Numbered from the stretch's first letter, positions 19,219 to 29,589 are shown. The stretch is DNA of 64,000 nucleotides from Nitrospirota bacterium (GCA_963790205.1 CAWBNQ010000001.1:544001-608000), one strand, 5' to 3'. Made by a program: numbers and translations. Notes: generated by a model from the letters alone, not told the origin.

Positions 19219-19253
19219 AGCTATTTCTATTCCTCCTCAGGTGTTTCTCTTAG

Positions 19254-19312
19254 ATATAACACACGGGTCACGCGCCGCCTGTGGCGCGACACTGTGGACT
19301 CGCATGTTGGAT
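19254..19312 (-). other. integron attC site 2 (59 bp)
   Basis: Minus strand ATCCAAC-AT-GCGAGT(C)CAC...GTGACCCGT-GT-GTTATAT. Confidence 0.75.
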
Positions 19313-19318
19313 ACGTCT

Positions 19319-19819
19319 TCAGAAAAACTTACGAACAACATTTTCGAGCAAATATTGCTCAAATTCATAGTCATTGAACTTCAGTCCATCTTTTCTAGGT
19401 TTTGACGTAGGATCGGTTGACATAAAGAAATGGTATCTGCCTTCAGGGTGTTGCTGTGCGAGCTTTGGTAAGAGCATCGTTTCAACGAGCCACACCCTTT
19501 CTCTTTCGAGCTCAACGAACGCAAGCAAATCAGAGGGTGAATTTTCTGGAACCCACCAATCAATTGAAAGCTTGCCTTTACCACCCCCGGGTTTTGGTTT
19601 CTGATTCGTTTTAACCTAGATCGTAACAGCCATATTCTTTTTATTGGAAAAAGCAACAAGGTCAATGCCAGCATCGGTAGTTAATGGCGCGGACTCAATC
19701 CCATTTGAAAGAAGTCTATACTGAACAATAAGCTCTCCGCACTTCCCGATTTGTTGAGTGGTTAGTTTCAATTTACGCACCTCCAATGATGACCGGTATT
19801 GAGCCGCATTGGGAGTCAT
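19319..19819 (-). pseudogene. PD-(D/E)XK-type endonuclease with in-frame TAG at 19616-19618
   Basis: GKCGELIV..GIDLVA..TI*VKT..: both track ORFs share one frame, and the stop replaces the Q of the QxK motif. Confidence 0.7.
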
Positions 19820-20340
19820 CTCTCTGAATCAACATTGAACCAGGGGCGCCACTTGCCAATTAGAAGATCTTCTTTGAAGAACCGCTCTGCAATGTCATTT
19901 GATGAATAGACGGCATAACTGAATCCGACGCTCTTGGCAATAAGGGCCAGTGGCTTCTTCTCATTGGGGAAAATGTGTTCAATTCCGTAACGCAATTGAC
20001 AGCTCGTAGTGGCGGCCTTTTGTTTCCTGCCCGTTTTAGGTATGGTATGAACGCGACCCGAAGAACCTCTCAACAAATGCTGCCCAAAGCGCTTTCTCAG
20101 ATTGGTTGACTTCCCAACATAAAGGCAGGGATAGATTAGGTCTTTAGGCCACCAATCGCCAAAATGGACAGCAACCTCATTGCCACCAGGGCCAGCTAAA
20201 ACAATGCGTGTGTTCGCTGCAAGAAGCTTCGAGCGTTTGTCGATCCACCAGAAAGCATAAACGCCGGGATCCCCTGGAACCTCAAGCCGCGACCTTCGAG
20301 TTATGGTTTCAATGCTTTTTATGTTGCGTTTCAAATTCAT
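19816..20340 (-). CDS. GIY-YIG-like nuclease (gene cassette)
   Basis: PGVYAFW...LYVGKSTNLRKRFGQH...E...P.FN. Confidence 0.7.
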   Translation of the reverse strand: MNLKRNIKSIETITRRSRLEVPGDPGVYAFWWIDKRSKLLAANTRIVLAGPGGNEVAVHFGDWWPKDLIYPCLYVGKSTNLRKRFGQHLLRGSSGRVHTIPKTGRKQKAATTSCQLRYGIEHIFPNEKKPLALIAKSVGFSYAVYSSNDIAERFFKEDLLIGKWRPWFNVDSER

Positions 20341-20346
20341 CGGGAT

Positions 20347-20405
20347 GCCCAGCAAATAAATCAGTGGCGCATCTTATTTGCAGCCGCTGAATTATTAAGT
20401 TAGCG
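20347..20405 (-). other. integron attC site 3 (59 bp, degenerate R')
   Basis: Minus strand CGCTAAC-TTAATAATTCAG...CTGATTTATTT-GCTGGGC; overlaps the stop of 20400..21140. Confidence 0.6.
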
Positions 20406-21140
20406 GGGATAGTTCAACTCACCTTTTTCATTAAAAATGATATCGTGAATACCGGCGAAATAAAGATCAAGCAAATCACTTAATGCACTTTTATTGCGTT
20501 GAATTATATCTATCCAATGACGTCGAGCATCTTGATAGGCAATATCGTAATGCGTTACAAAATCTGGTTCATCCCCGAACCGAGCAAGAAGTTCTAAAGA
20601 TGCCAACCTATCCAAATACTTATCCGAAAATCGTGCATGGTGTACATGTGAGCCGCGAGTTTCGATTAAACCAGATAACGAATTATTCACTAGATCGGTT
20701 ATAACCGTGGCTTTTTGCTTTGTGACACTCTCCTTGATAGTTCCTCGATATTGCCGTTGAATAATTTTCAAGTAAGATAAGAGACGTTCTTTGAGTATGT
20801 AAATTTCATGCAGATAGGCTTCGACATGTTGCCTTAGATATCGCTCTTTGGTGACTGAGGATTTAGCGAAGGGGAAAGTTTCTAGATAGACTTCAACATC
20901 CTGCAAGATTTCAAATGACTTATAGATTTCCGTAAATCCATAAAATATTTTTCGAAAAAAAAGCTCATTGCCTGAGAATTCCCTATTCAAAGTTGTGGGT
21001 CCATTATGGCCTAAGAGGTGATTATTAAGAACGGTTTCAAAATCGCCTCGATTGTCGCGAAGTATCTGCAAAGCGGCCTTGGAAGCAGTTTCTGCCATTA
21101 AGGACAAGAATTTATCGAGTGCACCTGTTACTTTATCCAA
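20400..21140 (-). CDS. putative HEPN-domain protein (Cthe_2314-like)
   Basis: AT-rich helical protein with EAYLHEIYILKERL and an RxxxxH motif (RGSHVH). Confidence 0.55.
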   Translation of the reverse strand: MDKVTGALDKFLSLMAETASKAALQILRDNRGDFETVLNNHLLGHNGPTTLNREFSGNELFFRKIFYGFTEIYKSFEILQDVEVYLETFPFAKSSVTKERYLRQHVEAYLHEIYILKERLLSYLKIIQRQYRGTIKESVTKQKATVITDLVNNSLSGLIETRGSHVHHARFSDKYLDRLASLELLARFGDEPDFVTHYDIAYQDARRHWIDIIQRNKSALSDLLDLYFAGIHDIIFNEKGELNYPR

Positions 21141-21481
21141 TATTTACTCCACTATTGCGGGTCGTTTCTGTTTATAGTAGCGCCCGATCTCATAATCTTT
21201 CAAAGAAATATACCCTGTGTTTATCTAGCCGTCTCCGGCTAGGAAAGATCGATTTTTCGGTATTTACCAGTTTAGCAATGATTGTGCCCAGTTTCGATAA
21301 TTTAAAAGACTATATTCCTGATCGACGCTATTGTCAATCACCGGGGAGGGTATTGGCGGGGTATCATCGGTTGTTTAGTCCCGGATGTACTATTGACTGT
21401 TTCTGAGAGTGGAAACTCCACTAGTGCAGGAAGATTTCTTGACTACTAACTTCAAAAACATTACCGCTTCTTCATGAAATT

Positions 21482-21808
21482 TCATAGTCCTCCAAGTAAC
21501 TTGTAATACTCCTTGATTGTACGAATGGATTCCATCGTAGTTCGGAACAAGATCCAACTGAGAACAAGGATCACAATGGTGAGCCCGATCTTCCATGCCC
21601 GCGTCGTCTGTGGACGCCACCAAATCAGCGGCAACGCCAGAGGCCCGACGGATAAGACCGCGATGACAATAAAGGACTTTCCGAAATACCATGGGATCTT
21701 TTCTTGTGCAAAGCCGGGGCGGGTGGAGGCATCCAGAAACTCACCGCAGTGTTTACACTTTATAGCGGCGTCTTGAATATCTTCAGCGCAAAAGGGACAC
21801 TTTTTCAT
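21482..21808 (-). CDS. zinc-ribbon membrane protein
   Basis: KKCPFCAEDIQDAAIKCKHCGE plus 2 TM segments. Confidence 0.8.
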   Translation of the reverse strand: MKKCPFCAEDIQDAAIKCKHCGEFLDASTRPGFAQEKIPWYFGKSFIVIAVLSVGPLALPLIWWRPQTTRAWKIGLTIVILVLSWILFRTTMESIRTIKEYYKLLGGL

Positions 21809-21923
21809 TATCATCTCTCTCGGCAGAATCATGTGCTGAGGGGCGCGGCGTTTTTTGTTGAGTCCCGCTCGGACGACAAGCTAGAAATCGTTCCGCCACC
21901 CTGGCTTTGCTTACACGTGATTC

Positions 21924-22520
21924 CTACAATTTTCCCGTCTTTTGATATTCCTCGACATAAACCTTGATTGCCCGAAGGATGATCCAGTCCATCGTAACAC
22001 TATTGTTCTTTGCAATTTGAATGAGCGCGTCGACCAGCTCCTTATCGATCGTAGGCTGATCAACAGGTTGAGGGGTGGTAGTCTCTTCCGGCGGCTTTAT
22101 CTCTTCACCGGGCATCCTTTTCTGATGCTCTCTGCGAAGAAGGTCCATAAGCCCTCTTACATCACCGCCCTGGATCGCTTTTTTTACCTCCTCCGGCACC
22201 TCTTCCGCGGAAGGTGTCTGACTTGAGGCCGCGTTTTCCGGAGGCAGCGGCTGCTCCCTGTTCTCAGGCGAATGCGAGAAAGCGGGAGCGCCTCCCGGGG
22301 GCATCATCCCCGTCATGCCCATCATCATGGTGGCCAGGTTTCGCGCGTATTCGTTATCCGGCATTTCCTGTTTCAGAAATTCCTCGAGCTTTCCCTCTGC
22401 CATGGCCGCGGCCATGCGGTCCGCGAGCAGCGCGCCCTGTTCCTCCTCCTGCCCAAACTGTTTTTTTCTTCCGAAGGCCGTGTTGGGCGGCTTCGGCAAT
22501 GGTTTTTCCTTCTTTGACAT
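21924..22520 (-). CDS. hypothetical protein, possible C-terminal ribbon-helix-helix
   Basis: Genome-typical ORF; C-terminus TIDKELVDALIQIAK...DWIILRAIKVY. Confidence 0.65.
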   Translation of the reverse strand: MSKKEKPLPKPPNTAFGRKKQFGQEEEQGALLADRMAAAMAEGKLEEFLKQEMPDNEYARNLATMMMGMTGMMPPGGAPAFSHSPENREQPLPPENAASSQTPSAEEVPEEVKKAIQGGDVRGLMDLLRREHQKRMPGEEIKPPEETTTPQPVDQPTIDKELVDALIQIAKNNSVTMDWIILRAIKVYVEEYQKTGKL

Positions 22521-22956
22521 ATCGACTAACCTTTCCTGGCGATTTGCGTATTCCCGGATTTATTCCTTGTTTTCCTTCGCGCCTTCGCGGGAAATTATTT
22601 TGTTTGCTCTGTGTCGTTACGCTTCTTTGATAGATACGAAGAAAAATAGGGCTTGATCGCGTTGAATGTTTTTGTCGAGCTGTTTTTAAACCGGTAAGAA
22701 TAAGCGATTCTGATAAGATCGGTCATGAAGCCCTCACTTCGTTACCATTACATTATACCCCGGCAGGTGCGATGTCAAGACAGCCGGTTTCCGGACGCCG
22801 CATTCGGGGATGACGATCTCGTGGTCAATCGATACTACTTTGATATGATTGATATCCTCACTTGCGAAGGATCAGCTCTTATGCCATAAAAATTATTGCA
22901 CTCGACACCAAGATGAGGTACATTGTACGGCACATCACCGAACAAAAGGAGATCCA

Positions 22957-23385
22957 ATGGCACAGGCAAAAAAGGGAGACACGGTCCAGGTGCATTACAC
23001 CGGAAAACTGGAGGACGGCACCGTGTTCGATACATCGCGGGAGCGGCATCCGCTCCAGTTCACGCTCGGCAACGGCCAGGTGATCGCCGGGTTCGAGAAC
23101 GCGATAACCGGCATGAATGTCGGCGAGTCAAAGACCGCGATAATTCCGGTGGAGCAGGGCTATGGTCCGCGGCGTGACGATATGATCGTCACCGTAAAGA
23201 GGGACCAGCTTCCACCGGACCTGCCAGCCAAGGTCGGTCAGCGGCTCGAGATCACCCAGACCGACGATCAGGTCATGCTCGTCACCGTAACGGGCGTCAC
23301 GGAATCGAGCATCACGCTCGACTCCAATCATCCCCTCGCGGGAAAAACCCTGACCTTCGACCTCGAGCTGGTGGGTATCATCTGA
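22957..23385 (+). CDS. FKBP-type peptidyl-prolyl isomerase (SlyD/FkpB-like)
   Basis: GDTVQVHYTGKLEDGTVFDTS...NHPLAGKTLTF. Confidence 0.92.
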   Translation: MAQAKKGDTVQVHYTGKLEDGTVFDTSRERHPLQFTLGNGQVIAGFENAITGMNVGESKTAIIPVEQGYGPRRDDMIVTVKRDQLPPDLPAKVGQRLEITQTDDQVMLVTVTGVTESSITLDSNHPLAGKTLTFDLELVGII

Positions 23386-23627
23386 ACCTTTCGGACAGAG
23401 CAAGCGCCAGGTCCCAACGCCCCGCATCTTTGCGGGGCGTTACTTCCTCGCTCAGCCATTCAGCAGTAAAATCTAGCTTATAGCCGGTAAGCCGGCCATC
23501 CGAAACGCCCTATCTCACGAGCTTTGTAATTTTTTTCTCCTCTTCCGTGGTAATATATGTTTAGAGCTACCGGCTGGATACAAATAATACTTTGTTCTTA
23601 TCCCCGGTATGTTCATGGTGAAACGGG

Positions 23628-25751
23628 ATGAAACGAATTATTGCAACCTTTTCCCTGTTCCGAATAGTCTTCCTCTACCTCCTTTTCGGCGGCCTCTGGA
23701 TCACGGTGTCAGACCGGGTCCTCGAGGCGCTCGTTACGGATGAGCACAAGTTCACACGTCTGCAGACCTATAAGGGATGGTTTTTTGTTGCGGCAAGCGC
23801 TTTACTCCTCTATCTTGTCACCCGCCGGGAATTCAGACACCGCGAGCGGGCCGAGGCTGCGCTCCGCGATTCCGAGGAAAAATACCGGATGCTCATGCAG
23901 CACGCGAACGACGGCGTCGTTATCGCCGACGCGGAGACCGGCTCGATCCTCGACGTGAACCAAAGGATCGAGGAACTGACCGGCCGGCCCGCGGGCGACC
24001 TCATCGGAAAACACATCGCGGAGCTTCATCCGGACCGGGAAAGGGACCGCTGCCGGAAGCTGTTTCAGGATGTCGTGGAGCGGGAAAGCACCATCAGGGG
24101 AGACCTTTGCGTAGTGCATCGTGGCGCAAAAGATATCGATGTCCCCGTCGAGATAAGCGCCAGCATCGTGGAGATCAACGGGAGGAAGATCGTCCAGGGC
24201 ATCTTTCGGGACATTACGCGGCGCCTGGCCGCCGAAGAGGCCGAGCGAAAAGAGAAGGAACGGGCCGAGCAATATCTTGATGTGGCGGGGGTCGTGATCC
24301 GGGTCCTCGATCGCACGGGGAACGTAATCCTTATCAACAGAAAAGGCGGTGAAATTCTTGGATACGAAGAAGAGGAGATCGTCGGCAAAAACTGGTTTGA
24401 TGCTTTTGTCCCGGAACGGTCGAGGAACGAGATTCGCGCGGTCTTCAATGGACTGATAAACGGAGAACTCGGGTACGCCGAATATTATGAGAACCCGGTT
24501 ATTACCCGGAGCGGTGAGGAACGGCTGATCGCCTGGCACAATTCCCTGCTCAAGGACAACGCGGGACAGGTGATCGCTACGCTCAGCTCAGGCGAGGACA
24601 TCACGGTTCGCAAAAAAGCGGAAAAGCAGGCCCAATATCGGCTCGAACACCTCTCCGCGCTTCATACCATCGATATGATCATCAGTTCGAGCCTGGACCT
24701 CAGAGAGACTCTCCGGGAATTCCTCGACCTTGTAATCATTCAGCTTCATGTCGATGCCGCCGATGTCCTGCTGCTGAACCCGCACACGCAGATGCTTGAA
24801 TATGCCGCGATGCAAGGCTTTCGAAAGGCGGGTATTCAACACTCCCGACGCCGGCTCGGAGAGGGCATTGCCGGCCGCGCCGCCCTCGAACACCGCAGCA
24901 TCGGAATTCCGAATCTCCTGAATCGGGCCGGCGGTTCCGTGCGGGCGCCGCTCCTCGAAGGGGAGGGGTTCGTCGGCTACTACGTTGTTCCGCTCGTTGC
25001 CAAAGGGCGCGTCATGGGCGTACTCGAGGTCTTGCACCGCTCGCCGCTTATCTTTGACGAAGAGGGGAAGGGCTTCCTCGAAGCGCTCGCCGCGCAGGCC
25101 GCTATCGCCATCGACAATGCCACGCTGTTCAATGACCTTCAGCAATCCAATGCCAGGCTCGTCCTCGCCTACGACACCACGATCGAAGGCTGGGCCCGGG
25201 CCCTTGAGTTGCGCGACCAGGAGACCCAGGGCCATACCCAGCGCGCCGCGGAGATGACGCTGCGCCTCGCCCGAGCCATGGGCATGACCGAGGAGGAGCT
25301 CGTGCACGTGCGCCGCGGGGCGATGCTCCACGACATCGGCAAGATGAGCATCCCCGACAGCATCCTGCTCAAGACCGGCCCGCTCAGCAAGGAAGAATGG
25401 GCGATCATGCGCCGCCACCCGGCCTATGCCTTCGAGCTTCTCTCGCCGATCGCCTACCTCCGGCCGGCCCTCGATATCCCGTACTGCCACCACGAGCGGT
25501 GGGACGGCGCCGGCTATCCGCGCGGCCTGAAAGGCGAGCAGATTCCTCTTGCCGCGCGCATCTTTGCGCTGGCCGATACCTGGGACGCGCTCTACTCCGA
25601 ACGGCGCTACCACCCTGCCTGGCCGGAAGACCGCGTGCGGAAGCACATCCGCTCTCTCGCCGGCACCCAGCTGGACCCGAAGGTCGTCGAGGTGTTCCTC
25701 CGCATGGAGCAGGAGCTCAAGGAACAAATTCAGGAAAACGTGAAGACCTGA
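23628..25751 (+). CDS. membrane PAS-PAS-GAF-HD-GYP cyclic-dinucleotide phosphodiesterase
   Basis: 2 TM, two PAS/PAC, GAF, LHDIGK, HHERWDGAGYPRGL. Confidence 0.9.
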   Translation: MKRIIATFSLFRIVFLYLLFGGLWITVSDRVLEALVTDEHKFTRLQTYKGWFFVAASALLLYLVTRREFRHRERAEAALRDSEEKYRMLMQHANDGVVIADAETGSILDVNQRIEELTGRPAGDLIGKHIAELHPDRERDRCRKLFQDVVERESTIRGDLCVVHRGAKDIDVPVEISASIVEINGRKIVQGIFRDITRRLAAEEAERKEKERAEQYLDVAGVVIRVLDRTGNVILINRKGGEILGYEEEEIVGKNWFDAFVPERSRNEIRAVFNGLINGELGYAEYYENPVITRSGEERLIAWHNSLLKDNAGQVIATLSSGEDITVRKKAEKQAQYRLEHLSALHTIDMIISSSLDLRETLREFLDLVIIQLHVDAADVLLLNPHTQMLEYAAMQGFRKAGIQHSRRRLGEGIAGRAALEHRSIGIPNLLNRAGGSVRAPLLEGEGFVGYYVVPLVAKGRVMGVLEVLHRSPLIFDEEGKGFLEALAAQAAIAIDNATLFNDLQQSNARLVLAYDTTIEGWARALELRDQETQGHTQRAAEMTLRLARAMGMTEEELVHVRRGAMLHDIGKMSIPDSILLKTGPLSKEEWAIMRRHPAYAFELLSPIAYLRPALDIPYCHHERWDGAGYPRGLKGEQIPLAARIFALADTWDALYSERRYHPAWPEDRVRKHIRSLAGTQLDPKVVEVFLRMEQELKEQIQENVKT

Positions 25752-26004
25752 TTCAGGATCTCAAACTTATAAAAAGACGTTTCGGGAAGTTCACGATCCT
25801 TTGTTTTTTTTCTGCACCGCTGTTCTCCGGTCCGCGCAGGCATGCCGATTTAACCTCTGGTTTTTCAGATCGCTTCACCCACCCGCAGCACTTTCGCTGC
25901 GCCCCGTGCTGCTCTGGCACTTTGGGTTTATCACTTTTTTCGAAGCATGCTGGTGCACGATGCAGGGATATTTGCACTGCGGAAGAGCCGAGAGTCAGGT
26001 TCAA

Positions 26005-26050
26005 ACGAGAAAAGAAAAACGTTCCGCCCCGGATGACCCCGGGCGGAACG
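26005..26050 (-). terminator. intrinsic terminator of the yidC operon
   Basis: CGTTCCGCCC...GGGCGGAACG hairpin followed by a T-rich run on the minus strand. Confidence 0.7.
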
Positions 26051-26117
26051 ATGGAGAGCTGGCAGTATTTATCGAGCTGTTCAAAAAAGACCTCTCTCGC
26101 ACTTCTGCGGGAGGTCT

Positions 26118-27812
26118 TTATGCAGGGCTCGCGTTTCCCCTGTCTGCAGAAATTCCGAGAAGCCTTCTCACATACAACTGCTGTACAATCGAAAGAATGT
26201 TGCTCAGCGTGATATAGAGCAGGAGTCCCGCCGGCAGCCAGGCAAAGAGGAAAATGAAGGCGATATTCATAAACATCATGATTTTCTGCTGCTGCGGGTC
26301 CACCGTGGTCGAGGTCATCCTCATCGTAAAGATCATGCTCACGCCCATGAGCACCGGCAGGATGTAAAAAGGGTCGTAGACCGAGAGGTCCTTGATCCAG
26401 AACGAGATGAACGGCGACTGGCGAAGCTCGATGGAGACGGACAGCACGTTATACAGCGCGACGAAGAACGGAAGTTGAAGGAGCATGGGTAGGCACCCCC
26501 CGAGAGGGTTCACCTTGTGCTCCTTGTACATCTTCATCATTTCCTGGTTCATGCGCTGCGGGTCCTTCTTGTACTTTTCCTTCAGCGCCGCCAGCTGCGG
26601 CTGGAGCTTTCTCATCTCCTCCATGGCCGTGGCGCTCTTGAGCGACGGATAGAACAGGAGGGCCCTTACCACGAGTGTCAGAAGAATGATGGCGACGCCA
26701 TAGTTGCCGGTAAACCGGTGAAACTGGCGCAGAAGCCAGAACATGGGTTTGGCCAGGATGCCAAACCAGCCGTAGTCGACCAACCGCTCAAGGCCATGGC
26801 CCTCGGTCTGAAGCAGCGTATAGCTCTTCGGTCCGGCGTAGATGGAGAACGCATGCGATTCGGCCTTCTCTTTGACGGTAAGGTCGGTCGTCAGAAGGTC
26901 GCCCACTTCACTCGGGGCAGGGGTTTTCTTGGCGGTGATGATACCGTAGTCCCCGTAGAGCATGGTGGCCGTGAAGTACTTGTCCTCTAGGCCGAACCAC
27001 TCGATAACGCCGCTGTGTTGCACCTCGCCCTTGATGCTTGCGAACTTGTCCGCCGCCGTCTTGCCGTCCACCTGCGAAACCAGGCCCACGCGGCCTTTGG
27101 CGTCCCGGCTCAGCTTGTCCGAGATCCCGAAGTCCGTGCCGAGAAACAGATCATAACCGTCAAGACCATGCGTCTTGATCTCGACGTCGATCTTGTAGTT
27201 GCTGTTATAAAAGGTCAACCGCTTCTCGATCATGATGCCCGCCGGCCCGGCGTAAGTGAGCACTAGGGTTCCCGACGGTCTGTCCTTGCCAAGCAGGACA
27301 GAGTCCCGGTCCGCGCGGTACTCCACCTGTCCCAGTTTAAACAGCTCTTTATCGAGGGGCACAATGGTCAACGGCCTGATCAGGTCCTTGGGGTCAATGC
27401 CTTCATAGGACGGCACGAGCTGCACATTGCCCAGCTCCTTTTTCGGCTGCACCTTCGGGGCCTGCCCCGTGATCTTTTTGTACAGGGCGCCCAGGCCGAC
27501 CTCGGTTTTGTCCGCTTCGCGGTAGTTCTTGAGTTCGAGACCGGTAATTACGCCCCCCGCGGTGTTCACCACTGCTTTGACCAGGTCCGTTTCGATGACG
27601 ATGTCCCTGCCTTTTGTCGCCGGTTCGATCTTCGCTGCAACAGCCTCGGGACGCTTCGTTGACGGCAGTTCCGCCTTCTGCGGTACCGTCTCCTGTTGTG
27701 CGGCTTCTGGAACAACCGGTTTCTGCGGCGGCTTGGGTGCGAAGAAGCGTACATAGACGACGAACACTATTAAGGACAGGGATAGGGCCAGTATAAATCT
27801 TCGTGTTTCCAT
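26118..27812 (-). CDS. yidC: membrane protein insertase YidC
   Basis: YAGPK, VDYGWF, NPLGGCLPMLLQLP, WIKDLS..DP; conserved synteny. Confidence 0.97.
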   Translation of the reverse strand: METRRFILALSLSLIVFVVYVRFFAPKPPQKPVVPEAAQQETVPQKAELPSTKRPEAVAAKIEPATKGRDIVIETDLVKAVVNTAGGVITGLELKNYREADKTEVGLGALYKKITGQAPKVQPKKELGNVQLVPSYEGIDPKDLIRPLTIVPLDKELFKLGQVEYRADRDSVLLGKDRPSGTLVLTYAGPAGIMIEKRLTFYNSNYKIDVEIKTHGLDGYDLFLGTDFGISDKLSRDAKGRVGLVSQVDGKTAADKFASIKGEVQHSGVIEWFGLEDKYFTATMLYGDYGIITAKKTPAPSEVGDLLTTDLTVKEKAESHAFSIYAGPKSYTLLQTEGHGLERLVDYGWFGILAKPMFWLLRQFHRFTGNYGVAIILLTLVVRALLFYPSLKSATAMEEMRKLQPQLAALKEKYKKDPQRMNQEMMKMYKEHKVNPLGGCLPMLLQLPFFVALYNVLSVSIELRQSPFISFWIKDLSVYDPFYILPVLMGVSMIFTMRMTSTTVDPQQQKIMMFMNIAFIFLFAWLPAGLLLYITLSNILSIVQQLYVRRLLGISADRGNASPA

Positions 27813-27849
27813 GAATCCTCCGGAATCATTTACCCCGTTAGAAAGTTGC

Positions 27850-28146
27850 CTAGTGCGGGCGTGTGTGCGTATTGGAACCCGAAGACGATAGCGCCAACTC
27901 CCGGTCTATGCCGGCTTCAGAGCCCGGCTTTCCAACGGGGTCAACGGGGTCGTAGCCGCCGGGATGAAAGGGATGACACTTTGCGAGCCGTACCAGCGTC
28001 ATCCGGATCGCGGTCATCGTACTCTTGCGTGAAAAGGCTTCGGCTGCATATTCCGAGCAGGTCGGAGTAAACCGGCAGGTCGGCGGCAAGAGGGGGGAAA
28101 TATAGCGCCGGTACAGTCCGATGGTGTCGATAAAAAACGTTTTCAT
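27850..28146 (-). CDS. yidD: membrane protein insertion efficiency factor YidD
   Basis: YISPLLPPTCRFTPTCSEY...KCHPFHPGGYDPV. Confidence 0.95.
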   Translation of the reverse strand: MKTFFIDTIGLYRRYISPLLPPTCRFTPTCSEYAAEAFSRKSTMTAIRMTLVRLAKCHPFHPGGYDPVDPVGKPGSEAGIDRELALSSSGSNTHTRPH

Positions 28147-28511
28147 GGTGCTATGCCTTCCGCCTTCCGGCTGCGAAGCGTGGCGCGCTGAAGGACCGTC
28201 TCGACGGCCTTCAGGATTTGTTCATATCCGGCGGAGTAAAGCTCCCGCCGTGCTACAAAAACCAGGTCGTAACCGGACGACTGATCTTTCAACAGCTTCA
28301 TAATACAGGCCCGGATCCGTCGTTTCAGCCGGTTTCTCTTGACGGCGTTTGCCAGCCTTTTGCTGACCGAGATCCCGACCCTGAAATTCCCCCTATCGTT
28401 CCCGGCATAAAAAAGAGAAAGACCGTCAGCCGACAGTCTTTTTCCCTTCATGACAGAAACGAATTCTTTATTTTTTCTTATCCGTTCGTTCTTTCGGTAT
28501 GCGTAGGGCAT
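28143..28511 (-). CDS. rnpA: ribonuclease P protein component
   Basis: RVGISVSKRLANAVKRNRLKR. Confidence 0.95.
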   Translation of the reverse strand: MPYAYRKNERIRKNKEFVSVMKGKRLSADGLSLFYAGNDRGNFRVGISVSKRLANAVKRNRLKRRIRACIMKLLKDQSSGYDLVFVARRELYSAGYEQILKAVETVLQRATLRSRKAEGIAP

Positions 28512-28531
28512 CGCTCACATCCCGCAGAGCG

Positions 28532-28669
28532 TTATACCGCGAGACGCTTTCTTCCCTTGGCCCTGCGGCGGTTGATGACGTTCCTGCCCGTGGCGGAGCT
28601 CATCCTCTTCCTGAAACCCTGCGCCCGCTTCTGCTTGAGATTGCTCTTTTGTGCTGTAGTTTCAGACAT
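28532..28669 (-). CDS. rpmH: 50S ribosomal protein L34
   Basis: [33 protein letters not shown]; upstream of rnpA. Confidence 0.93.
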   Translation of the reverse strand: MSETTAQKSNLKQKRAQGFRKRMSSATGRNVINRRRAKGRKRLAV

Positions 28670-28706
28670 CGTCCAACTCCTTGTGATTAGTGATGAATAG
28701 GCGGGT

Positions 28707-28734
28707 ATTATAAGACAAAACGCAAATATGTCAA
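28707..28734 (-). promoter_or_regulatory. sigma70 promoter of the rpmH operon
   Basis: TTGACA-N16-TATAAT on the minus strand. Confidence 0.7.
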
Positions 28735-29019
28735 GCAAAAAAACCGGTTTTGGCCGCGCTTGGATTTTTTGGCATCATGCATTACGCATGTGAAAAAAGG
28801 AGCGATGACCTTGGTACGGGCGCCGTCCTATTCAACGCCGCAGGCCAAAGAAAAGCACTTCGAGCCTGTTCAAAGCCCGTTATTTTGTTCTTGAACAAGC
28901 CTGTTGTCCGTCCCCTTTAGTTCCCGCGCGAGCCCTCGCGCAAGACTAATAATTGACTTGCTTGTCCTTTTTTGTGATAATATATAAAATATATTTTCTT
29001 CTGGGGGAGGTCTTTTGCC

Positions 29020-29316
29020 ATGGAAAAGGTCTTTCTGGCTTTGAGCGTGTCATCCATCTTTGTCATGTTTTATGCCTTGTATACCGCTCTGGTCCTGAGA
29101 AATAAAGTGCCGGGAGGGAAGGTAAAATCCACTTGGGGATTTTTGACGATGCTTATTGTGATCTTTACGGCAGGCTACCTTACGACCCCCTTTTTTCGTC
29201 TCCTGTCGCAGGAGATCAAGGATCTGCTGGTGGGCGTCATTTTTCTTGCCGGCGCCGTTTTTGTTGTTATCGTGATCAAGCTGTTCTATAAGATCGTCGA
29301 GGACCTTGGTCTATGA
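29020..29316 (+). CDS. small 3-TM membrane protein
   Basis: Hydrophobic ORF; GGGGGAGG RBS; TTGACT-N17-GATAAT upstream. Confidence 0.75.
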   Translation: MEKVFLALSVSSIFVMFYALYTALVLRNKVPGGKVKSTWGFLTMLIVIFTAGYLTTPFFRLLSQEIKDLLVGVIFLAGAVFVVIVIKLFYKIVEDLGL

Positions 29317-29573
29317 GCCCTGTTCCAAAAGAACATGTTGATCAGATGCGCAACGTTATAAAAGAGGTCCTGGGCGGCAGCGCAAGTGATATATTTCTCA
29401 AGCGGCTCGACCCGATCCTGAATGACTGGGCTGCGGGCACCACCAGCGCTGCCCAAGCCTGCGAAAAGGTTCAGAAGACCGTTGGTCTCTTCTTTGATGC
29501 GGACAAGGCCCGAGAGATCGGTTATCGCTGTGCGTCGATTGTCATGAAAGAATCCGCCACACCGAAGAAATAA
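29313..29573 (+). CDS. hypothetical protein
   Basis: ATGA overlap with the upstream gene. Confidence 0.65.
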   Translation: MSPVPKEHVDQMRNVIKEVLGGSASDIFLKRLDPILNDWAAGTTSAAQACEKVQKTVGLFFDADKAREIGYRCASIVMKESATPKK

Positions 29574-29589
29574 CTAAGGTTTCCCGATC

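Noticed and set aside
19616..19618. Pyrrolysine or amber read-through, given the nearby methyltransferases
   Set aside because: No pyl genes or MttB/MtmB-type genes are in the window, the position expects Gln, and TAG serves as an ordinary stop for several genes here.
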